A DNA stretch of 64,000 bases from Selaginella moellendorffii (Eukaryota > Plantae > Lycopodiophyta), in contig NW_003314263.1 of assembly GCF_000143415.4 (NCBI RefSeq), positions 4,157,628 to 4,221,627 of the forward strand. The letters are read 5' to 3'. Of the stretch, positions 13,027 to 27,145 are shown piece by piece (the stretch's first letter is position 1; every line of letters starts with the position of its first letter). Under the pieces are notes generated by a model. It was given only the letters and a program-made list of their open reading frames with translations. It was not told where the DNA came from and ran no database searches. The translations under genes were made by a program, and so were the position numbers.

Positions 13027-16000
13027 ATTAGTGGCTCCAGTGACAATAACTCGAGAGCACCACTGCTGTATTGGCAGTGCATTCCTCGTTGGGAAATTTC
13101 AAGCAAATACTGGATATTTTGATCGGCTCCAAAACTGTAAACACAAAATTTCAGGATTGTATCCCCACTGCAAGAATATGGCAACCATAAATTCTCTGCC
13201 TTTCATTATTAGAGCTCAACACTGAATCTCAGTAGTTTCCAATCAAAAGAACCAAAATAAATAAATCCCAGCCTTTCTGCCACTCCTGGGAATAAGAAGG
13301 GAGACCTGCAATAGGAAAACCAGGCTGTAAAACACGCAAGCACCTCCAAAAGCTCATTCATTGGAAATAAGAACAACTACTTTTTCTAGAATTCGACATA
13401 TTCTACTTTACCATAAATTACCTGGACACAGTGTCATGAGTTTAAGGTTGATTAAACCTGCAATCCTTACTATTATGTGATGAGATTACTTCATTTTCAC
13501 ATTTTTACATCTTCATTTTCCGATCCATCTTTTCTCCTACAGAAACATCAAACATCATTAAGTGATACATCAATGAGAAAGAAAAGTGCCACAAAGATAT
13601 CAGAGTCAATAACAATAAAAAGAATAGTTGTATTGATTGTGAGCCATTAGCTTGAATGCCACAGCAGTTTGTAAAAATAATCACAAGACTGGATGTGTAC
13701 TCATTTGATCGAGAAAAACATGACTTGTCATCTTTCTCTCTGAAACATACACAAAGTGAGCAAATGAAAGGAGTTGAGAATGTAAAGGCACACATACCTG
13801 GTGAGCTCGATGACACAGCAAAAGTGTCCATGCCAACATCAATCCTAGAGGCCCCACCTCGATCAGGCTGCTTGCATTATAGAATTGCTGCTGGATCATC
13901 GCTGCCATCTTCACTCGGACTGGGACTCAGCTCAAAAGTAACAATGTTTGTCGAGATAAATGCTACTTTCTTCATGAATGACAAATATCATTGATGTTAT
14001 TCAGACTGAGAAGGACCGTCTCCATTATAAAGCCACACTAATAAAAAAGAGCATAAGTGAAAGCAATGGAAAACATGAGAGCAGTACCAAGAGGAAGCAA
14101 GAACGAATGTTGGAGTTCTGTACTTGTGTTTGCAAGTGAATCCAAGCGTTCCCTTGCTGGCCTGGCATACTCACAAGAGGAGGACAACAAAAGGCCTCGT
14201 CCAGTAGTTTTATCATTGGCGCCGCCAAGGTTTCACTGCCACCAAGGCCAGCAAGCCCAATTTCCGTCCAGCTCTCGCCTAAAGAGATTGCAGGATTTTG
14301 CAACTTCTACCACATTCTGTTCATCATTTGGTTTTACTGTTACTTTGAAAGATTGAATCAGCAACTCACCACAGCTGAGAACAGTTTGAACCAGCTACGT
14401 TCTGGCACATAAGAAAATTGGTATGCTATTCAGATGGAATCACGTCAAGGATTGAGCGACTGAAACTAAGCTTTTCACCAAGGCAAGAACAAATAAAAAA
14501 TGAAATAAAATTACCAGTCCTTCCCCGGGTCAAGCAGATAAATTCTAATTGCTGACCCACTGCATTGGCCAGTGCCGGGTGCTTCCTGGCCTGAGTCGCA
14601 TGACACAAGATCAGATCACCCGAAAGAACACAAAACCTGAGGAGTTACCTGCTAATTCAGAGCTTTCTCATGGAACCCAAGGAGAGCCTCTTCCCGCAAT
14701 AGTCCACTTTCTTTTTTTATTGAAACGACCAAGGAAACAAACAGCCTCTCAAACACACTTGAGGAGAGTTACTTACCTCCTAAACCTGATCAGCTGCTGA
14801 TGGTGAACGTATCACCTGGCTCTTTTCAATCTTGGCATATGCAACTCACTGTCCTTGGCAAATAAAAAGGTTTTGCAGGATGCTCGTCAGTGCTCTGGTA
14901 TGGAGCGTTGAGCTTGTTACCACATGCAAACCAGCCAGTTCTCGCCTCTCTAGGATGTTCCTTTTGACAGAAGAATAGTACGCAATGGCCAGCTCAATCC
15001 AGGGCATTGGAATTTGAAGACATCGCAGCCAATTCTTGCATCTACAAGAACAAACAATGGAGGCTGAAGTGGAATCCAGAAAAGCTTACCTTCCATATAC
15101 CAACTTATAGCATGGAAGGAGAGTCCCGCAACCAAGTTGTGACAGAGAGAGAGAGAGAGAGTGAGCAAGCTTGCAGCTCACAATCTGCCCTAAAACCAAT
15201 AGCGCAAGCAGCATGTTGCCCTTAGCAAGCTTGGACACATCCTTGACATGTCCTTGACACATCCTTGACACACACACGCACACAGAGCGCTTACAATCTA
15301 CCTGATTGCCCTAAGAAATTTCACTTGATTTGGAGCGACATTAAAATCAAAATTGAAGCGTTGCCACCCTTTTGGCACCTGATCTTTGCCATCTATTTGA
15401 TGGCTTTGAATTTCAACCGTTAGATCATAAGCATATTCAGAAATAATATTCTAAAAATGGAATAAAAAACGCCAGATGCCATATGCCAATAGCACGTTTA
15501 AATAAGGGAGTATGATTTGACCGTTTTCACGGTCAAATTGTAACACTTTCCGTGAGAAAGTGATCAAAAGTCGCTCGGGATCCTTGGTGAGAGAAAAAGA
15601 TATCGCTCGAGGCACTCGTCTTGAGAGTGCTGGCGAGAGCATAGCTTGGGTCCTCACGCGACTTATCGGATCTACCACATATTCCAATTAATCTTTTAAA
15701 TCTAACCGTTGATCTATTTCCATCAATAGGAGCCTTCCGATCCAGCCCTAGTACAAGATTTCCCGGACCTCTTGGAAACCAGCTTGGAAACGTAGACTTG
15801 CCCTTGATCATGGAAAGAGCAACTGATTTGTAAACCTCTTATTAACAGTGATATTGATCACGAACACGACGTTGTGAGCGGCTACAAGACACTGAGTGCC
15901 ATCTTCAAGACCAAGTTCCTCCGCGAGTGCTGGCTCAAGAAGGACTTGTCGCGCTGGGTTTGTGTGCTGATCGACAACTCCTTCTTCAGCTGGATCTTGC

Positions 16001-19000
16001 TCTTGGCCTCGAGCGCGGAAAGCACTCGTACCAGACGGATGCCATACCGATGCTCTGCGATGGTAGACAATCCTTCGTTTATGTACGAGCAAGAGCTGTG
16101 TACCATTTCTGTGATCGCGAGGGCAGAGTGCTCACCCGCCTGCCGAGTCTCACGCGGAAGCGAGCTGATGGCCGAATTTGCAGCCTTCCAGGCTGTGTAC
16201 AGGAAAAACTGGCAAGAGCTTATGCCGAGAATAGGCATCTCTATCGAGAAGCTTGTCCAGAAGCACAGAAGGTGGATTTACAGCCTTCCGTACTATGCTT
16301 GGTTCTAACTGTTCTTCCTTCACATATATTTGACAAAATTATTGTTAATGGCATATGTGAAATTATCTTTGAGGAGCTGAGAGGACATTGGAAAAGATCC
16401 CACGCACAATTCCATCTTGCTGAACACTGATTGAACAGCTTACCATGAATGGGTATCAAAAGACCTGTTCTATCTTATGCTACTCAGTGGCTCGTTGTGA
16501 AAGATACTGTGTCCACAAACAGACCAGCTACGAGGCAAATTGGTTGATAAGTGATTTATTTTGGAATGTTTTTGGTCTCATGGAAGCTGATGTTTGTAGC
16601 ATATGCCCAGGCCGGTCACCTGCACTTGACAAATTGATGTAACTATCACATCAAAATCTGAGCATATTCGCAAGTACTCCAGCAAAGTTGCAAAGTTGCC
16701 TCCACGGGCACACTCTTGAAACCTACTATCATGATGATATTAGAAAATTTCTAGACAAGATTCAAGAACAAAATATTCTCTGGAATTCTCAGGTTGTCAA
16801 TTCTTCCTTGTTTCTTTTAATGTTTTGCAGTTTGATGGATTAGCAGAAATCGATTAACTTCAAAGAGTCTTATATAACAGCCAAGCACCTCGTGCCTAGT
16901 CTAGTGGAGCATGGCGCTCCTAGTTGCCCAAGCGTTCCAGGAGCAACTCTCCAAGCGAGCATTAGAGAGTCCAGCTTTCACATTTGATCGAGGTCATGCA
17001 TCATCAACTTTGGCATGCGCTTCATTGTGTCAGAAACAAGCAACAATGTGGCCTACTCCTTTCCAAGGTGATGGAGAATTTGAAAAGGAGCCAGCTCACG
17101 GCCAAGCACCTGATCCGGCATTGCTATCTCACAAGAAAGCAGACTTTATCATCAAATATAATACACTTGCAAATTGAAGGTGGAGATGTAATGTAATATA
17201 ATGCTTCAGCCTAGGCACCTCAATCCCCACTGAATGAAGTGCTTTCACCATTTGCTTGAGCTCTAGAGATGCAGCTAAGAAGTTTATAGCCCAAGCATTT
17301 ACCTGTGTAAAGGAATGAGTTTGTAAAAATCACAATAAATTATTAGACTAATGGTCTCCTTGAAACTCAAGCTTTTGCTCATTGTTATTGCTTCAATTTT
17401 GCCACTAGCATATGATCTTGGTTATGAACTCTGTTCCACCAAGCTCGACTAAATGCAGAAAAACATTTGAACCAGCAAAATCTCTTTAGACGATCCAAGA
17501 GATTAATAGTGTGAGGAAAAGCATAAGTCAATGCAAAAGTGAATACTCTTATAAAACTTCGTCATAAAATGAAATTCACATGCCCAAGAACTCTGAGACT
17601 TTTGAATAACGCTCTTTCTCTAATATCTCTTTGAAGTTCACGCATAAAATTTTAATCTCCTTTGGTGACTGACACTGAATAAAAACTTTGATTGGACAAA
17701 CATCCCTAGTTAAAATAGGATGACGTGTTAAAATTTTGGCCTAAGACAATAAGTTGAAGTTAAAGAGATTAATATACTCCTTCTTGAATCAATTCACTGT
17801 TACAACACAAAGACCATCGGAGGGATCTAGAAAAAGAATAGAAGAGAAAGATGAAAACACAGTAGGAAATAATGGAAAGACAAAAATGATAAAAGCAAAG
17901 GTAAAAAAGGGATGAAGGGGAAATAAAGTGAGAGGAATGGAAAAAATATAAAAAAATATGAAACAATGAGAAGAAGCTTTAAAATAATATTTAACATGAT
18001 TGTATTGTAACCAATCCATACTAAGAATGAGGTTAAAATTTTGACTCGACACCACTTGCAACAATTGAAGTTCTCCCACACATATAACTAGGTCCACCTC
18101 ATCTCATGCATATACATGTGTATAGTTGTTGCCATAAATAGTAAAGATTGGCTTTATAGTACAACACAATTGTAAACGGCAACATGTGGTAATAGGTTGA
18201 GCAATAAAAGAAAAACTTGAGCCTATCAACTAATATGAAGAGAATAATAAAAGATCTCTTGTTATAGAAATAGGCTTAAAAAATAAACACTGGATGAACT
18301 TATGCTAAGTGAACCCCTTGATAGTACTTTCGAAAGAAGAATGGAAGGGTCACTAACTTATTCGCATAAAGGCCTTCCACTACTTATGCAACTCCTTGTT
18401 TTTCAAAAGAATCTTTGTGTCAAGACTTTTTACCACAGTAGCACCAATAGGATATTATTAATGCCAAGGCCCCTACCCAAGAAATGAAGGACACTAATCT
18501 AGAAAACATTGATAACACCAATACATGTAGTCAATCTTATCACATACTTAATAGTAGATATCACAGCCATAATTATGTCCTTGCCCTTGTCCCTAAACAC
18601 TAGTAACAATATATTGGAACAAGACCATCTCCCACATAAAATGGTGATAAAGGACATGTAGTAAAAAGTGGAAGAGGCAACATGTTATAATATTATGTTT
18701 GTCTAAGAGTATTGTCAAAGGTGGCTAAAGTAAATGTATGCACAAGTCCCGTAAAATTTTGACAAAGTGTTAACTACAACATTCTCAACTTGATCCACTT
18801 TGATATATTTGGTTTCACATGAAACAAACTCTAGAAATAAACATTTAATTCAATCATTGACTCAGATGGCCCTTGACAAAAACAATGCAATTGTTGAAAA
18901 GCATAATCACAATTATCAATATGTCCAAATGTTAAGAGAATGCTCCAATTTACATGAGTGGCTGCACTTAAACCATTTTACCACTATAATACCATCCCTT

Positions 19001-19062
19001 GGAGACATGTAAAAAATTCATACAAATACTAAGTATCATCTAAAGAATGATAAGTAACAATT

Positions 19063-21058
19063 TGTGAGACACAAAATCCCTAGGCCCCAAAGTGGAGCCA
19101 GAAGGGTGCCACGTGGTAGTGGCTGAAGCGAAAGCCAAACAAGCGTAACATGTTTGGATTGAAAGCTCCAACTTGAAAGGTTTAGAGCGGGAGTGGAACT
19201 CCCAATGAAGTGCTCAAGGAATAAGCACGAAGTGAGCGATAAGTGAGTCTCTAGAAAAGGGACACAAGAGGACCTGAGATGGACCGAAATAGAGTCTGAG
19301 ATGGAGTCCAAGAAAGACCCCGAGATGGACCCGAGACAAACCCAAGATGGAGTCCGAGATGGACCCAAGATGGAGTTCGAGATGGACCCAAGATGGAGTC
19401 CGAGATGGACCCAAGATGGAGTCGAGATGGAGTCTAAGATGGAGTCCGAGATGGACCCGAGATGGAGTCGAGATGGAGTCCAAGATGGACCCGAGATGGA
19501 CCCGAGATGGAGTCCGAGATAGAGTCTGAGTTGGACCTGAGATGGACCTGAGATGGAGTTCGAGATGGAGTCTAAGATGGAACTGGGACTAAGACCGAGA
19601 TTGAGACCAAGTCCAAGACCAAGACCAAGTCCGAGACCGAGACCGAGATCGAGACTGAATCCGAGTCCAAGTCCGAGTCCGAATACTAATATAGACAGTT
19701 AGATGAAAGCCCAAAGCAATTGTCCTCTGGGGGGAGGGGGGGTTGGAGCCCAATGGAGCCAGTTTGGCCAAGAAAGGCTAGTTTGGCCTAGGAAGGCTGT
19801 ACCCAAGTGTTAGGTGATGAATTGACCACTGAGAAGTCCAAGACTAAAGTGAATATAGACTGACAAGTAGAGTAGCTTGGTGAAGTGTTCAAAGGCTAGC
19901 TTTAGTTCCCCTGGGAGATCAAATGGTCGATGCTCCCAGTCCAAGTGTGGGTGGTGTCAGGAATCCCCCAATTCTTGCCACATTCCTGACTCTCGCCGGA
20001 TTCCTGACTTGCAGACCACATTCCTGACTCTCGAGACACTTCTCTATTCCTGACTCTCGAGACACTTCCCTATTCCTGACTCTTGAGATACTTCCCGATT
20101 CCTGAGTCTCGAGCCACATTCCTGATGATGATGTGGCGCCTCCTCGACCTCAGCTGTATTTAGGCTGTCCTCGATCCAAGAGTGGTGGAGCTTCATCAAC
20201 CTATAGTATATATAGGTTAGCCTTGTTCCATTTCTCCACAATCTGAATCAACACCAGTCTAAGGCCTCTTCTTTGTTTTCACTAGCTTTTTCTCTTTGTC
20301 TTTAGCATTTTCCAGTCTTGATCTTGTTGGGGGTCTTGACAGGTGGCACTACCTACTTGGATACCTGGCATGGCTCAACAGAACCTCACTCTAAGCTCAT
20401 GGCTATAGCACCCAAAGGCGGAAGGCGAAGAGAGTACCCATAAGGCCCGCGTAGGGCTATAGTATTCCGAAATGTTGTCCCAAAGTCTCAGACTATGGAA
20501 AGGAAGAGGAGTAGCCCTTTGGTGTGGTGACCAAAGACACAGTCGCACAATGAGGAAGTCCTAGAGGATAGTGGGACTTAGTGGTCAGGTCTATGGGCCT
20601 TGATCAAGTGGCAATGTTGGCAAATACAACCATAGACAGGAAGGGACTTGGTAGGGACCGGAACGAAGATGTTGGGGAAGGCTATTCCCTATGTCTGCAG
20701 ACATCCTAAGGATGCAAAGGAGTGGATCTGGGATAACCACTCATGGACAGATGGCCCAGTCTTTGAGAGACGGGATTGCAATGCAAGTGGTGTTGGACCA
20801 CTGATGTGACCAAGGTTAATGGGCATGGCCTAGCGTAATGGGCTAATATGTTGGTGGTACCTTGGGGTGTCGATCATAGGATTGGACATGTGGAGCATTT
20901 AGACCAAATGCAAAGGTTGAGTGGCATAGATGCCATTCTCGGGGTTAACAAGCCCCAAGTCCTGAATTGGACTTATGGAGGTTGTGAGTGAGACTCTTCC
21001 TAATGACTGGAGCGGTGGTTAAATGACTAAAGTAGAATGAAAATACTAGTCACTTACA
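19063..21058 (+). mobile_element. Solo LTR of the same family as 731-2391
   Basis: TGTGAGAC...CACTTACA, flanked by CAATT/CAATC (5-bp TSD, one mismatch). The uninterrupted paralogous site near 32289 reads CAATC. Confidence 0.85.
19955..20341. mobile_element. 387-bp insertion (solo LTR of another family) nested in the solo LTR
   Basis: TGTCA...TGACA termini and an exact GGTGG TSD. Absent from the 731-2391 copy. Contains ~20-22-bp ATTCCTGACTCTCGAGACAC repeats. Confidence 0.85.
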
Positions 21059-22343
21059 CAATCACCATAAAGTGATTGAATCAATGATACATATTATTCT
21101 TAAAATTCTCATAAAAGAATTCTGGTGGAACATAAGGATTGGTAGTAAGTGTGGGAGGAATTGTACCATACGCTGTGAATATTGTCATCAATTAAGTTTG
21201 ATTGTTTAATTGCAATTGTATAACATTGAGCAATTGCATCAACTACTATTTTAAAGTTAGAGCTATTGCTCTATTATGAAAATGAACGAAAAAGAAAAAA
21301 AAACAAAAAAAAAAAATTAAAAAAGTTATAAGGAAGTGAGATTTAAATAATGATAAAGTTAAATCTAAACCAAAATCCTAAATCCAAGCATTTCTTAGAG
21401 ACAATCAAAGTTGCCTCTCACCTCCACCAATGTGAGTGTATAGAATATGACAATGTAGTATAGAAATGTGCATATTAATTAGCTCAAAAACCTTAGATTT
21501 TATATAAAAGTGAGTGGTTTGCTAACAGCTTTCAAAATCCCATTATGTTAATATTAACATGTTACATCATAACTATATACTTGGATTTCAAAAAATAATT
21601 ACTATAAATATTAACTTTTATTTTAAGATTACAAGGTGTAAATAATGGTATTTATAAAGTTATTTCAATACTTGTATTTTGGAACACTAAAATATAGAAT
21701 GTTGCAAACTATATATTATAATAGATTAGATGAAAGTTTTCTCTCAATATAGTATGTAGCCCATTCTTAACAGCTAAATCAACTTTTAAATTTTATTTAC
21801 TAAATTATAATTTGATACAAAATCACTTAAGCATAAAAATATGAATTATTTAACAAAATTATTTAAAAATTATAAAGTTTTATTAATGCTCACTTTTTGC
21901 AAGTAACTTATACTTCCTTAACTTTAGTTGGGAGTGCAAAACTATAAAAATAGTTTTCTTGGAATATATTAAACCTCTCATATTAAAATTATATCATTAG
22001 TTATTATTGTTGTATTCCTATGTTTTTCATTTATAAATATTACAAAATACTATCTATTAAACCTTCAGCACTATTTTTTAAAATTATTTAAATAATATTT
22101 ACTAATTTTTTTAAAATGTTGTTAGTTGTAGAAATTAATTTTTATATAGGTTCATATTTAAATTTAAATTTAAATTTTAAAAGTTAGTCAAAAGCTTTAA
22201 AATATGTAGTATTCTGGTGGATTAATTGGTATGAGAAAGCATATTAAATTACTTATATATATCTTTTTAAAATAAAATGAAATAAAACTAATAATGAATA
22301 TAAAAATAATAATATAAATTTAATATTGACATATGTATGTCAC

Positions 22344-22420
22344 TCTATATCTATATCTATATCTATATCTATCTATCTATCTATCTCTCTCTCTCTCTCT
22401 CTCTGTATATATATATATAT
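22344..22420. repeat. Compound microsatellite (ATCTAT)n/(ATCT)n/(CT)n/(AT)n
   Basis: Directly visible. Confidence 0.9.
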
Positions 22421-23241
22421 AAAAGTTTTTTTGAAATTTTTATGTCATAATAGATTATGAGGTTTTAAATTATTGTAACTATTTACAAATTCTCATCTAA
22501 TTTATGAAGGTAAAAAGTTATATTTTGATTCATCAATGATTCACATAACAAAATTTTGTTACAATACAAAAACTGAATTTAAACAGTAAATGTTTTTCAA
22601 GAAGACAAAGGATATTATGATCCACTTTTAGTTTACGTTTTAAAAATAAAAATTTAGTATTTTAATTTATCAAAACATATATATTCTACAAGTATATATA
22701 TTATTTCTAAAGATTAGTTTGGTATTAATTTTATTTTAGGGCTGCTCCCTGATGGAACGCGGCAGATTGACTGGTGCGGGGAACAACAGTCACGGCATCA
22801 GCGTCAAGTAAGAAATCTTCCACCTTTTCCCTCTTAATTTCGATCTTTTCTAGTGGCGCCTTTGATGGCGCCCCGGCCAAGTCTAGCCAAGGACGCCGCA
22901 AAGCTATGCGCTGGTACTACACTCACAAACAGTCTCTCGGGTTTGGCCCCATTCTCTCCTTTCTTTATGCCTTTAGCTCTAGTGTCAACTAGAGAGATTC
23001 CTCCGGCTGGGAATTCGAAGAGGGCGATGAATTGGAATTGAAGAATGAGGAGCCGGAGCTTGTAAAAGCCTGGATCCGGCAGGATGATCTTTTTCAAGAG
23101 CTGCTTTTGAGCTAGGGACCGGCGGGTGTAGGAACCTCGTTGATGTACAAGGTGCGGTTAAGGCACTTCACTGTGCTGGACAAGAAAACTTCTTCCTTTT
23201 GTTTTGGTGGACATAAATTCTAAGAAACTCGCAGTGCCCAT

Positions 23242-24479
23242 CTAGAAGCATGAGATATTATGCAATGAAGTGCAGTTTATTACTTTGTCAAACTCTCCAC
23301 CTGCCCTGCTCCTTGCTTTGGCGGTAAGCATGTCGACAAAGAATTCATGTACGTTGCTTTCTTCTGCCGACGCATAGTGGAGCAGGTAAGCCAAGCTCAG
23401 ATCATCTGTTCGTTCATGTTGACAGTGTAGCAGAGAGAAGGCTGGCGTTCTCGTCACCCAGACCACCACCGCACCACAAAAGGAAAACGTACATCTGACG
23501 GGATTGAATCCCGAAATCTCAAGAACCTGTTGATGCTTCGGCCAGTAGTGGCTGTTTTTAAAAGCCCCTGAAACGTCTGTGTATCTTTTCAAAGTTTCTT
23601 TTGCTATTGGCAATACAATGCATCAATACAAAGATCCTCTTCCACATCACGAGTCTTAACTGCTGGGAGAGAAACATCTAATTGTAGTCTATGCATCATT
23701 AGTCTGTCTATCTTTTGCTTCCCAAACCCAATCCTCCAAAACTTTTCATGTGCGTTTGAATGATGATCCATCTTTAATTCAGACCATGGATAAACCATAG
23801 CATTGTTAGTGCAACCCAAAAGCACGATATTTGGATTTACTTTTTGCATTGCGGCAAGTCCAACGTCATAAACTTGTATTGCATTCGTTCGTTGATGGGC
23901 ATACTTGCCATTTTGGTCCCACTGTATTGCAACCAAAGCTTGAACCAAAGTGCAATTTGCTATCATTGACAGTTCCAAAGCCCAAATTATCAAACCAAGA
24001 GCTCGGATCAAACTGTTTTCTCTCCGTAGCCTTAGTACTTCCCGATCTTGCAAATGCTCTGATTGACTAAAATAATACATTTGCAAGAAATTGATCTCTT
24101 CACCAGTAGCTGCAACACCTGAGGATTCATCATCCACCATGATGGTCCATGGAAGCTCAAAACCCAAGTTCTCCAACTTCTTTTTGTAATCCCAAGAACC
24201 AGATTCCTTTGTCATGTGAGACATAGAAAAGATATTGTAGCTACACCTTAAGCAGCAACCCTCCATGATCTGTTGCACAAGAGGTATGTTCCTACACTCT
24301 CTACCCGAGCTAAAAAAATGCATCTGCACATTGGGGATTGCATTGAGAACTGACAAGAATTCAGAACTCCCATGCATTGGTGTGTAAAAGGCATTGGCTA
24401 CATGATATACATACTTTGAATTTTCAGTTTCCCTGATTAGTGTTTCATCTAAATCTAGAATAATATAGCAATTTTGCAT
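23242..24479 (-). CDS. HAD-superfamily NIF/FCP1-like phosphatase-domain protein
   Basis: IILDLDETLI (DxDxT motif I), FFSSG (motif II), IMVDD (motif IV). A 47-nt GT-AG intron at 23650-23604 would join ORF 23242-23613 in frame. The 3' end is uncertain. Confidence 0.65.
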
Positions 24480-24529
24480 TCTGTTATACTCCCAATTTTC
24501 CTTGCTCTCTCTCTTCCTCTAGATCTAGA

Positions 24530-24609
24530 CTTTGCAAGTGATAAGCTTGCCCTAACCCTTATGGCGAATTTGCAAGTGATAAGCTTGCCCTAACCCTTAT
24601 GGCGAATTG
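24530..24609. repeat. Two tandem copies of a 38-bp unit upstream of the HAD gene
   Basis: TTGCAAGTGATAAGCTTGCCCTAACCCTTATGGCGAAT x2. Confidence 0.85.
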
Positions 24610-25644
24610 CCTTTCGTGTATTCTCAATATATTCTTTATTTCCCTTTGATATAGATTCAACCTTCCTTTCTAGAATTTCTGCCGACTTTGTAAGAAATCA
24701 GTGGCTCGAGAAATCCTAGTCCGAGATTTACCACTTCTTTGGTCAAGTCCCTGAGGCCCCCGAGACAGGAAAGTAACGACGCAGTAAAGTCTCCAAAACC
24801 ACACAACTCGAGGAAAATTGCCAACAGAAATTGCAACAGAGCAACAGCTGAGAGGAAATCGAAATGAAAGTGTTCAAAAGCGAAGCCTGATGACGGAGAG
24901 CTTGGACGACGTAACCTTTCACCTCGTTCGCATTAACTATAACACCAACAAAAAACGAATTGTGTCTTACTTGCCTTTGCGACAGAGTCCTGGATCCACC
25001 GTCGCCACTGCCTTCGAGAAACTGGAAGACGAATACAGTCAACATCAAAGGAGCCAAGACAATGCCATGATGAAGATCCCGTGGCATTAACAGGTTAGAT
25101 TTTATCCGTGCAGCCAGTGATCCCAAAGCTCATCAGCAGTGGCAGGAGACGAGAAGAAAAGCTCCACCACGAAGTTTGGAGCTCAAGATGATCAACGCCG
25201 AGCTCCAAAAGGAGAGGGAAAAACATTGGGTAGAGTGGATTCGCAAGCGTCTCCCAACAGATAGAAAAGTCTTTCTTCAAGGAGCTCATCGCTGATTTTG
25301 GATTTGGTTTTTTTTTTGGATTATATAGGTACAGTGTACCGTATAAAACGTTTGTCCTCCCAGAAATTGTCTTGGCGAGCTGGGGCATAGATTTGTTATG
25401 TGCGCGATTTTTACTGTGGCGTTTCTATGCGAACTCCTGACGCGTTTTTCTTGTTTGATCTCTATCGTGTGGTTCTCTAGAAATGATCTGTTGTTCAGGT
25501 ATTGGGAACTCAGGGAAAGCAATTTTTCTTTTTGTTATAAACTTGGTTTGTCTTCTTTTTTGGGGGGGTTGCGGATTCTAGCAGTCCTCTGGTTGCGAGA
25601 TTATTTTTGGAAATTATCTAGTCGCTTTGAGACCTGGACGCCGT

Positions 25645-25825
25645 GGGAGGCCTGCACGAGTTTATGAACTGGCCACTGCTCACGGATTCCGGTGGCTTTC
25701 AAATGGTGAGCTACCTTTCTTTTATTGCGACTCAGGTATCACTTTACACTTGGCAGACGTCAAGTGACATTTCTGTTTTAATGTTTTTTTGGATCGACTG
25801 GTTGCAGCCGCCTGTGGATGGTGTT
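25645..25825 (+). pseudogene. QTRT1: Fragment of queuine tRNA-ribosyltransferase catalytic subunit
   Basis: GGLHEFMNWP-LLTDSGGFQMVS is the TGT catalytic TDSGGFQ motif. It is followed by remnants of VSLxHLAD..VTF..PVDG with deletions. Confidence 0.75.
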
Positions 25826-26529
25826 GCGTTGCTCATTTAGCATTTCAAAATGAATCATCCAAGAAAGAGATGAAGAGCGAGAAGTATCCTTAGAGACTTC
25901 TGGTGTGAGGAGCATTTGCGCTGGGATGGATGTGCCGCTGTGGACAAGTTCCAGGGTGTACATGCTAAAAGACCATGATTTTATCTCTTTGCTAGCGCTC
26001 ATACAATTACTTTGTGAAATGCTCAAGAAGATCATAAATGCCAAAGGAAACGAGAAGAACTATGGATGATGATCACGCTTGCGACACCTTTTTTAAATTA
26101 CGAGCATCCTCTTCAGGTTTTTGGATATTTTCACTAGAACACCATCCATCGAGCAAGACTACATTTGACAGGACATCACCCCGCTTGCGAGATGTTTGTT
26201 TTTTTTCTTCTTCCTTTTAAATATTTGTTTTCGTGCACTCCGCCTTGAAATGTCTTTGTTTTCTGTTCTGACATTGTTTTCGTCCTATAATCAGGTCTAT
26301 CAGTGTACACAATGGGAAACGATGGCCAGAAATGGACAGCTCCAAAGAAAAACCAAAAGCTCTACCAAGTTTCCAAAGTTCTGCATCAACATATCTAGTA
26401 AGAATGCAACGAGAGATTCTCAGCACATCCAATTACTTGTGCTCCCCCTGGAGCCTCCAAATAGAAAGAATGGCCAAACCAAAAGAGGATTCCACACCTA
26501 CCTAAAATCCGCAGCAAAAAATCATTACC

Positions 26530-27145
26530 TGGTTTGGCCTCAGAGGTGAGCAAATGGTTCTTTAGGAAGATCATTTGCCAGTATGGGGCTCCTCACACGG
26601 TTCTTTGGGACAAAGGAAATTTTCCGAAAGATGCCTCAAATCGGCCAGGGTATAGCATCGCACCATATCAACACATTGGGTATGTGTGCAAATGGACGCT
26701 CACCACAAAGAACTTCCTGCAAAATTGGGAGCAAGCTATTCTAGGATGCTTGATGGGGTATTAGGCGACCAGGCAAGAAAATACTCCAATGATGTAGTAC
26801 ATTTGAGATCACCATATGGTTGAGGTGGATTTAGAGAGTCACAAACTCTCACATGTGTATGTATAACAATGATGATATCTTAGCTATAGAGTTTCTCTTC
26901 TTCTTTAGTTTTCAATAGGATATTCCATATAGAAGACCCATCACCAACTTGACGAAGATCCTCATCAGCAGATCTTACTGACTACATCAAGAGTAATTTT
27001 TCAAATATTGCAAGTCAAACTTAGAACATGTGCAAGTGGCATAAGTCAAGAAGTATAGAAAAGAATTTATGGATGGAGGGACCCTTGTGAAGAGAGGAGC
27101 ATCTAAATTGCCTAATATAAATATAAATAAATATAAAATTAATTA
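26530..27145 (+). mobile_element. Older gypsy integrase remnant (continues at 32858-33240), host of the 27146-32857 element
   Basis: FFRKIICQYGAPHTVLWDKG (integrase core) and WMEGPYKV (GPY/F motif). The same sequence recurs on both sides of the insert and as a ~176-bp tandem at ~32870-33180. Confidence 0.6.

Larger units (their letters stand above)
17380..21590 (-). mobile_element. Degenerate Ty3/gypsy element, 5' part (gag/protease/RT remnants, PBS, 5' LTR 21431-21590); interrupted by a solo LTR
   Basis: FNLILSMDWL protease motif (ORF 17789-18097). Colinear with 31000-32857. LTR and PBS match 32660-32857. Confidence 0.75.
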
